Source: a virus
Lineage: Duplodnaviria > Heunggongvirae > Uroviricota > Caudoviricetes
Virus record (IMG/VR): IMGVR_UViG_3300046499_000850
Reading direction: 5' to 3' (one strand)
Length of the DNA: 64,000 nucleotides
Shown: one piece after another, positions 28,344 to 36,302 of the stretch
Layout of the letters: each line of letters opens with the position of its first letter
Position numbering within the stretch: position 1 is the first letter of the stretch
Made by a program: the position numbers and the translations under genes
The notes under the pieces: model-generated
What the model was told of the DNA's origin: nothing
Seen by the model: only the letters and a program-made list of their open reading frames with translations
The model's database searches: none

Positions 28344-28958
28344 ATGCGTTTCGGTCCACTTCCGGGGATGAACCCCGTCGCACCGGTGCTCAGTCAAAAG
28401 ACCGCGCACTTTTTCATGCACCCGTCGGATGTCGATCCATGGGAAATCAACGACGGTGCCAACGTCACGTCGGCGCTCAAGTTCGGCGCTCACTTCGACC
28501 TGCTGGGGTTGACTCAGACTGACGACCTGCTCCTGAGCGGCGCGGTTGATGTCACGGATTGCCTCGATCCGAATCTGTCGATCAGTGCGCTGTACTATCG
28601 CACCAAGAACGGTGATGTGCACAAGCTGAACCTGACCGGTATGCCGCTCGTCACGATGGTGCCAATTGTCGAAGGCGATTACCGCCGCGTCGAACTGAAC
28701 CTGACCCTGATGGTCAGTAACCTCGGCGCGCCGCAGTCGTTCATCGGCAAACTGTATCACAAACTGCTGGCCCGTCTCGGTTACGAAAAGATCGTGCCAG
28801 TCAAGATCTTCGGCGCCGCCGACCTGCAATTGGGTACTGTGCAGGTCGATTACTCGTGCGCCGGCGTCGACATCACCCCGCTCGGCTACACGCTCGAAGC
28901 CTACCGCTTCAACCACAACCGTCGGCCAGCCGAAGGCAAATGCCCGTTCATGCACTAA
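28344..28958 (+). CDS. hypothetical protein (204 aa)
   Basis: ORF with AG-rich upstream. Confidence 0.55.
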   Translation: MRFGPLPGMNPVAPVLSQKTAHFFMHPSDVDPWEINDGANVTSALKFGAHFDLLGLTQTDDLLLSGAVDVTDCLDPNLSISALYYRTKNGDVHKLNLTGMPLVTMVPIVEGDYRRVELNLTLMVSNLGAPQSFIGKLYHKLLARLGYEKIVPVKIFGAADLQLGTVQVDYSCAGVDITPLGYTLEAYRFNHNRRPAEGKCPFMH

Positions 28959-28979
28959 ACCCAAGCATCATAAAAAATA

Positions 28980-29010
28980 CCCAGAGCCCCTATCATGGGA
29001 GCTCTGGGTA
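28980..29010 (+). terminator. hairpin cccagagc...gctctggg, weak T-run
   Basis: 8-bp stem. Confidence 0.45.
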
Positions 29011-29100
29011 TTATGTTGTCGTATAAAAATAAAAAGCTATATTACTAAGTTGAACAAATGTGTTCGTAACATGAAACTTCCTTTACAGGAGATTACCGAA

Positions 29101-29625
29101 ATGCGTTCTAGAAACAACAACATTTTTCGTCTGAGCAGCTACTTCAATAGTTGGTCACGTATTCTTTTCCATGATCATGGTGGTCGTGGAATGGAGAAAA
29201 TGCGGGAGAAATATGACATCCCCAAGAGCATCAAAACAATCGAGGTCGATGTCACTGGTGAGTGGGCTCGTGTGGCGCGTTGTAATGTTCGTTGTCATGC
29301 TTCGGATCTCACGACCGATCTGCTGGCCGGTACCTTGCATCAAGATGTTGTCGATGAGCTGGAAAAACGGTTGACACCGAAGTCCATTAATGCAGTCTTG
29401 CATGCGGATCTGTTGAGGTATATCGACTTTGACAAGTATAACCAGTACAGTAACGGCGGCGTACCGCTGGGGTTGATCATCAAAGACTTTCCTACACTCG
29501 ATCAGTACTGGGTAGAACAACGCCGTGCTGGCGGCGGCCCTGGTTTACTACGCGACGACGTGGAAGAAGATTGGCGTCTCCTTTCCCAGAAATGGGAAGA
29601 AGAACTGAAACGTGTTCTCCCTTAA
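29101..29625 (+). CDS. hypothetical protein; start uncertain (29050/29071/29101)
   Basis: RBS acaggagattaccgaa-ATG at 29101. Confidence 0.45.
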   Translation: MRSRNNNIFRLSSYFNSWSRILFHDHGGRGMEKMREKYDIPKSIKTIEVDVTGEWARVARCNVRCHASDLTTDLLAGTLHQDVVDELEKRLTPKSINAVLHADLLRYIDFDKYNQYSNGGVPLGLIIKDFPTLDQYWVEQRRAGGGPGLLRDDVEEDWRLLSQKWEEELKRVLP

Positions 29626-29650
29626 CAATAATTAACAAGAAAGAATTCAA

Positions 29651-30028
29651 ATGGCTTACAGGAAAGGGCATATCCTTTATTTCTACCGCGCCGATGGATA
29701 TGTCGAAAAAGTAATCGAAGGCAAGACGCATTATCGTGACGACACAATGGATGAGAACCAGTGGTTACCGTTGCCACATTCGGTTGACCGCTTGGTTCAA
29801 CACATCCAAGTCTTAACGGGCGCAAAACAACAAAAGCAGATGTTAGGCCGGATGCGTATCGACACCGCCACTATTTGCCGTGTACGTAAGAACAAGTTTC
29901 CGATTCCACCTGAGTGGCTGGTGAAGATGTCGGATTATACTGGCCTCACCATCAATGAATTGCGCATAATCGGCGGACTTGGACCGATTGTGAAACACTA
30001 CACCGAATTTAAACCAGGAGAGCAATAA
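29651..30028 (+). CDS. hypothetical protein with C-terminal HTH-like region, paralogue family C (with 40654..41025)
   Basis: YFYRADGY...YRDDTMDENQWLPLPHSVDRL...ICRVRKNKFPIPPEWLVKMSDYTGL parallels second copy. Confidence 0.55.
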   Translation: MAYRKGHILYFYRADGYVEKVIEGKTHYRDDTMDENQWLPLPHSVDRLVQHIQVLTGAKQQKQMLGRMRIDTATICRVRKNKFPIPPEWLVKMSDYTGLTINELRIIGGLGPIVKHYTEFKPGEQ

Positions 30029-30441
30029 TGAGCGTAGACGCTGTAAAGGTCATGTACATCTTGACCCCGTCGACCGCGGGATTGATTTACGAAAGCGTAC
30101 TCGGTGTGCTCAAGCAAGATCCAGCTATCGAGAAGGATTTCAGCGTCGGCAAGTACTGGGATCGGGTGTCGTTAATCGAATTCGACGACAGTGGCACGAA
30201 GATCGTTTACGATCAGAAGAATCCAGCCGCCGACGGTTTCACGCCGGACCACGCGTTCTTCCCTTATAACTGGAACGACAGTGTAACGGAGAACGTGCGC
30301 CAGAAGTTACTGGATCTGATCGCAAGCGAAGGAAAATCCAAGTACTTCCGCAATACGATCGTCGGCGCTGACATGATCACCATCGAGAAGTGCAACGCGT
30401 TAACCGGTAACGCGGTGTTGTACTTTGAAAACAAGAAATAG
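30028..30441 (+). CDS. hypothetical protein (137 aa)
   Basis: ATGA overlap with upstream gene. Confidence 0.5.
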   Translation: MSVDAVKVMYILTPSTAGLIYESVLGVLKQDPAIEKDFSVGKYWDRVSLIEFDDSGTKIVYDQKNPAADGFTPDHAFFPYNWNDSVTENVRQKLLDLIASEGKSKYFRNTIVGADMITIEKCNALTGNAVLYFENKK

Positions 30442-30450
30442 GATATCTGC

Positions 30451-30684
30451 ATGAGCAATAACGATAAACCAAAGAAGACTACGCGTGTGCAGATGGATTT
30501 ACCACTTTCGGCGCACGAGCGTCTAAAGCGCCTAGAAGAGAAAACTGAAGCTTCTTCGTATTCCGAGGTGATGAAAAACGCCCTGCGCGTTTACGACATT
30601 TTGCTGAAAAAGAATGAAGAGGGTGGCAAGATACTGTTTGTTGATAAAAATGGTAGCACTACCGAACTGATGATCTTAGTTTAG
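30451..30684 (+). CDS. hypothetical small protein (77 aa), possibly RHH-like DNA-binding
   Basis: ORF; charged helical composition. Confidence 0.4.
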   Translation: MSNNDKPKKTTRVQMDLPLSAHERLKRLEEKTEASSYSEVMKNALRVYDILLKKNEEGGKILFVDKNGSTTELMILV

Positions 30685-30694
30685 GAGAACAGCA

Positions 30695-30988
30695 ATGAAT
30701 CCAATACTCTTTTGGTATCTCATCGCTAGTGGTCTACTCATGTTGGGTATGGCGCTGTGGTTGGCGTGGGAAGATTACGACATGCGTTATGTAAATACTC
30801 ATAAACGCAGTACCAGTAAGTTCGGATACAATTACAAGCGAAATGGTAACTGGTGGTGGCTGATCGGGATTTGGCTACCTTTTGTTAACATCATTCCAAT
30901 TTTCATATTTGCCATGGCAACTTTCGTGACGCTAAATAAGAAGTGGGAAACATATATCGATAAACATTTTATCAATAGAAAGGAATAG
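30695..30988 (+). CDS. small membrane protein (97 aa)
   Basis: two TM helices. Confidence 0.45.
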   Translation: MNPILFWYLIASGLLMLGMALWLAWEDYDMRYVNTHKRSTSKFGYNYKRNGNWWWLIGIWLPFVNIIPIFIFAMATFVTLNKKWETYIDKHFINRKE

Positions 30989-30990
30989 CA

Positions 30991-31332
30991 ATGAATCGTC
31001 GTGGATTTTTAGCAGCGATGTTGGGCGCCGCTGCCGCCCCTGCGATCGTCCGGGCTGAGAGCCTGATGAAGATCGTGGTACCGAAACAAGAGATCATCGT
31101 TCTTGACTACGTGAAACTGTTGGAAGCGATTGCGCCTGAGTGGAATGAACTGGCGATGCAACGCTTCAATGAAAGGATCGCAAGAAATGCTCGTTGGGGC
31201 GCCCACGTCGGCGATATGGACATCAGCAGCATGTATCTGCATAGCACTCCAGTATTCGTGGATAAGTACCGTCATCCGTACGCTACCGCGATGCCACTGA
31301 TCTCGGACAAACACATGGGCATCATTCGCTAG
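30991..31332 (+). CDS. hypothetical exported protein with twin-arginine (Tat) signal peptide
   Basis: MNRRGFLAAMLGAAAAPAIVRAES. Confidence 0.5.
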   Translation: MNRRGFLAAMLGAAAAPAIVRAESLMKIVVPKQEIIVLDYVKLLEAIAPEWNELAMQRFNERIARNARWGAHVGDMDISSMYLHSTPVFVDKYRHPYATAMPLISDKHMGIIR

Positions 31333-31340
31333 GTTTTACC

Positions 31341-31538
31341 ATGACTACTCTTTATGTTCATCCCGACAAGCCCGGGTTTCAATTGGATGAAGTTTCGGGC
31401 AGTCAGCGGGTTAACTTGGCTAGCGACCCCGCTACATGGAATCAAGTAAATGAGATCGTTGCGCAGGTGGCGGCTGGTCAACAAAATCCTGCCCCTCCGT
31501 TAAACATCCTTGATTTAGCTAAACGTTATAAGCGTTAG
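31341..31538 (+). CDS. hypothetical small protein (65 aa)
   Basis: ORF. Confidence 0.4.
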   Translation: MTTLYVHPDKPGFQLDEVSGSQRVNLASDPATWNQVNEIVAQVAAGQQNPAPPLNILDLAKRYKR

Positions 31539-31558
31539 GACTCCTTATAACCGAGTTT

Positions 31559-31570
31559 TATAGTCAACAA
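31559..31570 (+). promoter_or_regulatory. variant promoter-like motif tatagtcaacaa
   Basis: upstream of 31584..32012. Confidence 0.35.
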
Positions 31571-31583
31571 TTAAAAAAGGAAC

Positions 31584-32012
31584 TTGAAAATGGGTATGTT
31601 TGATTCGTTTTACTTCCCGCGGAAGATGCCGGACAACTTCCATCAGCGAATGCCCGTTGGGGAACCAGCCTCGTCGCTGAGGGAGATTCCATCTTCCGCG
31701 CTTTACCAGACCAAAGACATGGATTCAGATTTGGATATCTACACAGTGGACGAACAAGATCGTTTGATGTGTTATCGCTCCAGGACGTTCAACAAATCTA
31801 AAGCTCCTTCCAATGAATTGGAATTTGTTGAATACACCGGAACGATTGATATCTATACGGATATTCCCCAAAAAGGTGAGTTTGGTTATCCCAACAAATA
31901 CATCGAATCGTTGCCAACGACAACGTCGAGCCGTTGGGTTGAATATGTGCTGACTTTTGAAGGTGGTATCCTCAAGAACGTCAGAAGTATGTTCGAAGAC
32001 GACGTCGAATAA
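31584..32012 (+). CDS. hypothetical protein (142 aa)
   Basis: RBS aaaaaggaacttgaaa-ATG. Confidence 0.5.
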   Translation: MKMGMFDSFYFPRKMPDNFHQRMPVGEPASSLREIPSSALYQTKDMDSDLDIYTVDEQDRLMCYRSRTFNKSKAPSNELEFVEYTGTIDIYTDIPQKGEFGYPNKYIESLPTTTSSRWVEYVLTFEGGILKNVRSMFEDDVE

Positions 32013-32064
32013 GGATTCTATGTCAGCCGTATATGCGGCAGTAGAATTCTAACTGAGGACGATC

Positions 32065-32601
32065 ATGACCGCTGCTAGCAAACCACTCTCGCTGGATAAC
32101 ATCTCGCAAGAGAAGATTCTGCACTTGAAGAAGTACCCGCGTCTACTCGATGCACTTGATCAGTGGGTGATGTTCGCTGATCGTCGATTGATCCCGGAGA
32201 TGCGGGAGCTCGGTCATGTGGTTCAAAAGCTGTACGATCTGCCAGATGTGTTGCATCTGTACCGGGGCTTTCGCTTGGGGAGTTTCCAAGACAGCCTCGG
32301 AATCAGCGAGGACGCCCACATCGGTCAAGTCACCCACTATAAAACCGAAGAGCGTTCGCTGTCCTTCAGTACCGATGAAGAGATTGCGAAAGCGTTCGGT
32401 AATGTGGTGGTGAGTACCGATGTGCGTTCCAACAACGCGGAGTATTTGTACATTACGGATGAGCTTGTAGTGATCATCCATGAACTCCGTAAACTCGAAC
32501 AAATCAAAACCCAGTGCGAAGTCATCCTGTTGCCGCCAATGGAACTTGCGCTCAAAGTTGTGCAGTTCGAAAAGAGCAAAGCAGGGTGGCTCGGCTGGTA
32601 A
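32065..32601 (+). CDS. hypothetical protein (178 aa)
   Basis: ORF. Confidence 0.5.
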   Translation: MTAASKPLSLDNISQEKILHLKKYPRLLDALDQWVMFADRRLIPEMRELGHVVQKLYDLPDVLHLYRGFRLGSFQDSLGISEDAHIGQVTHYKTEERSLSFSTDEEIAKAFGNVVVSTDVRSNNAEYLYITDELVVIIHELRKLEQIKTQCEVILLPPMELALKVVQFEKSKAGWLGW

Positions 32602-32961
32602 GAAGAGGAAGATGGATATGATCGGCCGTTACTGAACTGAAGAAGTTACAAAAAACTAATGTTACTTCCCAGTAATTATTTATAGTAAGTAAGTATGCTG
32701 TGCGAGAAAAGTTGCCTGAATCCTTTCATGAAACGGCTCTTGAGTTGCAACTGTCGGGGGACAGTAACGATGTGGTCATAACGCACCGCATCTGGACAAT
32801 CGTTCTTTTACAATCTAGTAAATCGTTCGGTAAGCGTGGAGGTTAAGCCTTGGAGCGCGAGTAACCGACCGGTGGAGCCGTAACCACCTCCTTTCCAAAG
32901 GGACGCAAGACTGTAAGGCAACCTCCCTATTTTTCCTTTCCAAAGAAAACTAGGAGCTGTA
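32602..32961 (+). other. 360-nt non-coding region with local hairpins (ggtggagccgtaaccacc); candidate ncRNA or regulatory region
   Basis: no credible ORF on + strand; minus 104-aa ORF judged spurious. Confidence 0.3.
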
Positions 32962-33324
32962 ATGAAAATGCAAATTACCCGTGAATGGCTGTTGGCTAAG
33001 CTGGCTGAGTTGGATGCGGCTGGTGTGGATGAAATCGCTGACGCCGGTGTTCCGGGTGTGGTCATGGTCTGCAAGTTGCAGTTGCATAGCAAAAACCCGA
33101 TGAAAGGGTTTAGCTCGACCAACCAAGAAATGCCAGGTCAAACGGTGCACTTCGGTGCGGTGTGGGAAGGCTCGACGGAAAAGCAACAGTTGTCCGAAAA
33201 CGCCATCTTCGGTCATTGGACTCCGTACGCGGAATTCAAAGGTTCGATCCTGAACCAACACGTGAATGACCAACTTGAAGTTAGTCAAAAGTACTACGTG
33301 ACTTTTGCCAGAGCACCGGACTGA
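32962..33324 (+). CDS. hypothetical protein (120 aa)
   Basis: RBS aactaggagctgta-ATG. Confidence 0.5.
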   Translation: MKMQITREWLLAKLAELDAAGVDEIADAGVPGVVMVCKLQLHSKNPMKGFSSTNQEMPGQTVHFGAVWEGSTEKQQLSENAIFGHWTPYAEFKGSILNQHVNDQLEVSQKYYVTFARAPD

Positions 33325-33919
33325 TTGATCAATGCTTCGTTACCTTTACGTCTAGCGTTAGTTCGCTTTTCGTCTGGTAGGGTAACGAGGAAGTTGTGCT
33401 CCTTACACGGGACATCTGGGCCTGTGGGGATAGTGATGAGTAGAGGCGCCCTTCTGGCAGCCACGAAAGCACTCAGGCAACACTCATCCGGGATGGCGGG
33501 TGAGTCGGGTTAATACAAGAACCTCGGGGTTTCTCGGGGCTTTCGCACCTCTGGGTGGAGTATCCGTCCACCGCCAGTGCTCCAGCGGCAGCCGCCGCTA
33601 CATGTAAGTGCTTGTATTGATTGCCCGCGGCGCGGCTGGCCTATTCTCAGTCAGCGTCTCACTCTTCGTCGGCCGCGGTTACCCCGGCCTCATGACGAAC
33701 GCCTGTGCATAGCCTACAGGACTTTGACAAGCTAACCGCTTGATGAGAGTTCCTGTGGGGTGTGTACCGCCAATTCACACCAATCCCTTTAAATGTTATC
33801 GGTTGAACCCTTGCTCGATGTGAATCGTTAGAGTGGTTCAGCAAGTCGTACACGTTGGTGTATAGCCGAAGCCTAAATCCTGATCGATCTAGGGCTTTGA
33901 GTGTGCATCTGGAGCTATC
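33325..33919 (+). other. 595-nt GC-rich non-coding region; candidate large ncRNA or replication/regulatory region
   Basis: no ORF above 62 aa on either strand despite dense coding elsewhere; many local hairpins. Confidence 0.35.
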
Positions 33920-34408
33920 ATGAATTTAGCGCGTCATTTGGCTACCGAGTCGGAGAACGATGCGGCTGCCGCAGAAATCGAAGCGCTTGCGAAAGCGCAG
34001 CCATATCTCGAAGAATGGATCGGTTACGATCTGGACAAGACATTGTTTGTCCATGAAATTTGGAAAGGTGTACTGCACTTTGGTGAGCCTATTCCTGCCA
34101 TGATCGAACACTTGAAGCACAACCTCGAACAAGGTATCAAGTGCAAGATCTTTACTGCTCGTGTTTCTTACGACAGCGAACTTATAAATGCAGTTGTTGG
34201 CAAGGCAATTCAAGATTTGCTCTTCGAGCACGTTGGTCAGCGCTTGGAAGTGACCTGCAAGAAGGACATGGGCATGCGTAAACTCTTCGACGATCGCGCT
34301 TTCAACGTTGAGCCCAACAAAGGCATCATCAATGGCGCCACCAACCATGGCCCTAGCATCACCGCTGAATTCACGCGGCGATTGAAAGAAGAACTCGGTC
34401 AGGATTGA
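33920..34408 (+). CDS. HAD-superfamily phosphatase (DxDxT)
   Basis: GYDLDKTLF (motif I), KIFTAR (Lys motif), FDDRAFN (Asp motif). Confidence 0.6.
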   Translation: MNLARHLATESENDAAAAEIEALAKAQPYLEEWIGYDLDKTLFVHEIWKGVLHFGEPIPAMIEHLKHNLEQGIKCKIFTARVSYDSELINAVVGKAIQDLLFEHVGQRLEVTCKKDMGMRKLFDDRAFNVEPNKGIINGATNHGPSITAEFTRRLKEELGQD

Positions 34409-34411
34409 ATC

Positions 34412-34570
34412 ATGGTCAGACTCTTCAAGAAGTACTTAGATGTTACCAAAATCGAATTAGATGAGAAGAACCGGATGGCTCGTATTGGCTACGGCTTGAA
34501 CGAGGGTCGTCCGTTCTTTCGCATCGATCTCTGGAAGCGTGGGTATCGCATCACGCGGAAAGAGAAATAG
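34412..34570 (+). CDS. possible small ORF (52 aa)
   Basis: below ORF-track cutoff; basic protein. Confidence 0.3.
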   Translation: MVRLFKKYLDVTKIELDEKNRMARIGYGLNEGRPFFRIDLWKRGYRITRKEK

Positions 34571-34580
34571 CAGTTTCAAC

Positions 34581-34723
34581 GCTAGGAGAGCTCAGTGAGG
34601 TCGTAGAGTGCTATCGGGTAGAAGGGGGTCGCTGAGTTGGAAACTCAGCCGTCTGAGGACGTAGCTCAATGTCAAGAGTACCTTCCAAGATAGAGGTCAC
34701 AGGTTCGAGTCCTGTTCCTAGCA
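34581..34723 (+). tRNA. split tRNA-like unit X0: 5' half 34581-34615 plus 3' half 34689-34723 with 73-nt intervening sequence that itself has a D-arm-like element
   Basis: acceptor gctagga/tcctagc 7/7, anticodon stem ctatc/gatag 5/5, var loop aggtc, T-arm acagg-ttcgagt-cctgt; no encoded CCA. Confidence 0.45.
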
Positions 34724-34735
34724 TCAAGTTTCATC

Positions 34736-34890
34736 GGGCACGTAGCTCAGCTGGTAGAGCGTTGTCATCGTTTGGGGTCGCTGGTTCGAGTCCAGCCTAG
34801 TTAGGGTGCACCTTCCTAGTAGCTCAGTTGGTTAGAGCACAAACCAGCTAAAGACAAAGGCCCTGGGTTCAATTCCTGGCGTGTCCACCA
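34736..34890 (+). tRNA. split tRNA-like unit X1: 5' half 34736-34766 plus 3' half 34853-34890; the 86-nt intervening sequence carries a permuted tRNA-like unit
   Basis: acceptor gggcacg/cgtgtcc 7/7 (1 GU), anticodon stem ttgtc/gacaa 5/5, halves 31+38 nt as in a canonical 76-nt tRNA; inner unit anticodon stem caaac/gtttg 5/5. Confidence 0.5.
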
Positions 34891-34900
34891 AGTTTCAATG

Positions 34901-35063
34901 CGCGGAGTAGCTCAGTTGGTAGAGCACTGTTTTTCTTAAGAAGGTCGAACGTTCGAATCGTTCCTGGACGGCGCGGGTTTACTCGCGCACGCCCTGTAGC
35001 TCAGCCAGGTAGAGCATCTTTTGAAGGCAGAGGTCGGGAGTTCGAGTCTCCTCTCCAAGCCCA
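34901..35063 (+). tRNA. two tandem tRNA-like units (about 34901-34971 and 34993-35063) with canonical D/T arms but short loops; cross-unit stem pairing is better than within-unit
   Basis: tagctcagttggtagagc / ttcgaatcg and tagctcagccaggtagagc / ttcgagtctcc; var loop aggtc in both. Confidence 0.4.
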
Positions 35064-35088
35064 GTTTCTAAGTAGTATGTAGTATGTA

Positions 35089-35168
35089 GGGCGTTTAGCT
35101 CAGTCCGGTAGAGCGTCGCCTCCATTAATCGGCGAAGGTCTTGGGTTCAAATCCCGCCGTATCCACCA
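35089..35168 (+). tRNA. tRNA-like unit with 10-nt anticodon loop (tcgcc-tccattaatc-ggcga) and poorly paired acceptor
   Basis: D-arm tagctcagtccggtagagc, T-loop ttcaaat, ends tccacca. Confidence 0.4.
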
Positions 35169-35187
35169 AGTTTTAAAGTAGTACCGT

Positions 35188-35265
35188 AGGGGTGTCGCCA
35201 AGCTGGTCTAAGGCTCCGGATTTTGATTCCGGCATTCGGAGGTTCGAATCCTCCCACCTCTGCCA
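35188..35265 (+). tRNA. tRNA-Gln (UUG)
   Basis: aggggtg..cacctct acceptor, anticodon arm ccgga-ttttgat-tccgg, T-arm ggagg-ttcgaat-cctcc, ends gcca; near-identical to enterobacterial tRNA-Gln. Confidence 0.85.
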
Positions 35266-35283
35266 AGTTTTTTTTGTTTCACC

Positions 35284-35446
35284 GGGTGTGTAGCTTAGTT
35301 GGTAGAGCGCGATCATTTAAGAATTGGGGGTTCGAGTCCCCCTACCTCCCTCTCGGAGGTATGGCGGAATTGGTAGACGCGCCGTCCTGAAAGACGGTTT
35401 CATACCGCGATCGAGGTCTTGGGTTCGATTCCTGACACATCCACCA
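35284..35446 (+). tRNA. split tRNA-like unit X2: 5' half 35284-35314 plus 3' half 35409-35446; the 94-nt intervening sequence carries a permuted type-II tRNA-like unit whose acceptor ends form a hairpin (tacctcc-ctctc-ggaggta)
   Basis: acceptor gggtgtg/cacatcc 7/7 (1 GU), anticodon stem cgatc/gatcg 5/5, var aggtc, T-arm ttggg-ttcgatt-cctga, ends acca. Confidence 0.5.
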
Positions 35447-35545
35447 TCAATGCCTAAGTCAACTTAACCATTTACTAATCAGCCGATAAGTTTAGGTTTC
35501 CAAGAAAGTTGATAAGGGCACCCTTTTGCGTTAGAAGAAGCGTCT

Positions 35546-35619
35546 GTCTCCGATAGCTCAGCTGGACAGAGCGGCCCCGGTGCAGGGGTATGGACCCTGG
35601 TTCGATGCCAGGTCGGGGA
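35546..35619 (+). tRNA. tRNA-like gene with non-canonical anticodon loop (ggtgcag)
   Basis: acceptor tctccga/tcgggga, D-arm gctcagctggacagagc, T-arm cctgg-ttcgatg-ccagg. Confidence 0.45.
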
Positions 35620-35686
35620 GCCCTATTCGAAGAATAAAGACGGCATACAACCCTTCCCAACCCCGGCGGGATCAGGAAGGGAAGAG

Positions 35687-36046
35687 TTAACGTGCGCCGC
35701 CGTTGTAGGGTACCGCCAAGCCTTGCTTCACCAATTCAGCATTGACGCTGGTGGTTGAGTTAGGCAGATATACCTCAGCCAAATAGCGACCGTACTTTTC
35801 TTTTTCGTCAGCGACAGTTTGGATCACCACGGGAGACTCCGGCGGTAACTTCTGTTGCAACCACGCTTTCGAAGCTTTGCCTGCCGGTGTGCTGGTCTCG
35901 GGCGCATTGATCCCGTTAAAGCGGCACGTCATGTTGATGTTGACATCGCAACCGAGGTCAACCCTGAACTCGGCGGTATCCCCATCGATCACCCGAATAA
36001 CGGTGGCGTTACGAATGTAGACATCTTTCTTTTTTGCTGCGACCAT
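35687..36046 (-). CDS. staphylococcal-nuclease (SNase/thermonuclease)-like nuclease
   Basis: VIDGDTAEF...NGINAPET...KYGRYLAEV pattern typical of SNase fold; only minus-strand gene in window. Confidence 0.75.
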   Translation of the reverse strand: MVAAKKKDVYIRNATVIRVIDGDTAEFRVDLGCDVNINMTCRFNGINAPETSTPAGKASKAWLQQKLPPESPVVIQTVADEKEKYGRYLAEVYLPNSTTSVNAELVKQGLAVPYNGGAR

Positions 36047-36113
36047 CGTAGAACTCCCAAAAATACATCATGTGATGCTCATAAAAATGGGCACCATGTT
36101 CTGAAAGAAAGCC

Positions 36114-36302
36114 ATGCTGTCGAAATTAAATGCAGAGCAGAAGAAGCTGGTAACTCACATCTTCAAAGGTATCAACCTTCTGCGCAAACGCGGAGAGTCC
36201 GAACTGAGTCGTGGCGAACGTATTCGGAAAGAATACCAAGCGTTGTCGGGTCGTGACAAACAGACCATCACCCTGCGTTTGAAGAAAGCACTTGGGCTAT
36301 GA
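36114..36302 (+). CDS. hypothetical small basic protein (62 aa)
   Basis: ORF; weak RBS. Confidence 0.35.
   Translation: MLSKLNAEQKKLVTHIFKGINLLRKRGESELSRGERIRKEYQALSGRDKQTITLRLKKALGL

Noticed and set aside
32808-33122. 104-aa minus-strand ORF in the 32.6-32.96 kb spacer
   Set aside because: It overlaps the start of + strand gene 32962..33324 and has no RBS. It is probably non-coding.
34581-35446. Archaeal-type bulge-helix-bulge tRNA introns implying an archaeal virus
   Set aside because: The genome has bacterial hallmarks: Shine-Dalgarno sites, sigma70-like -10 boxes, an HD-domain class II CCA enzyme and E. coli-like ThyA and tRNA-Gln. The intron interpretation is kept only as one hypothesis, not as evidence for an archaeal host.
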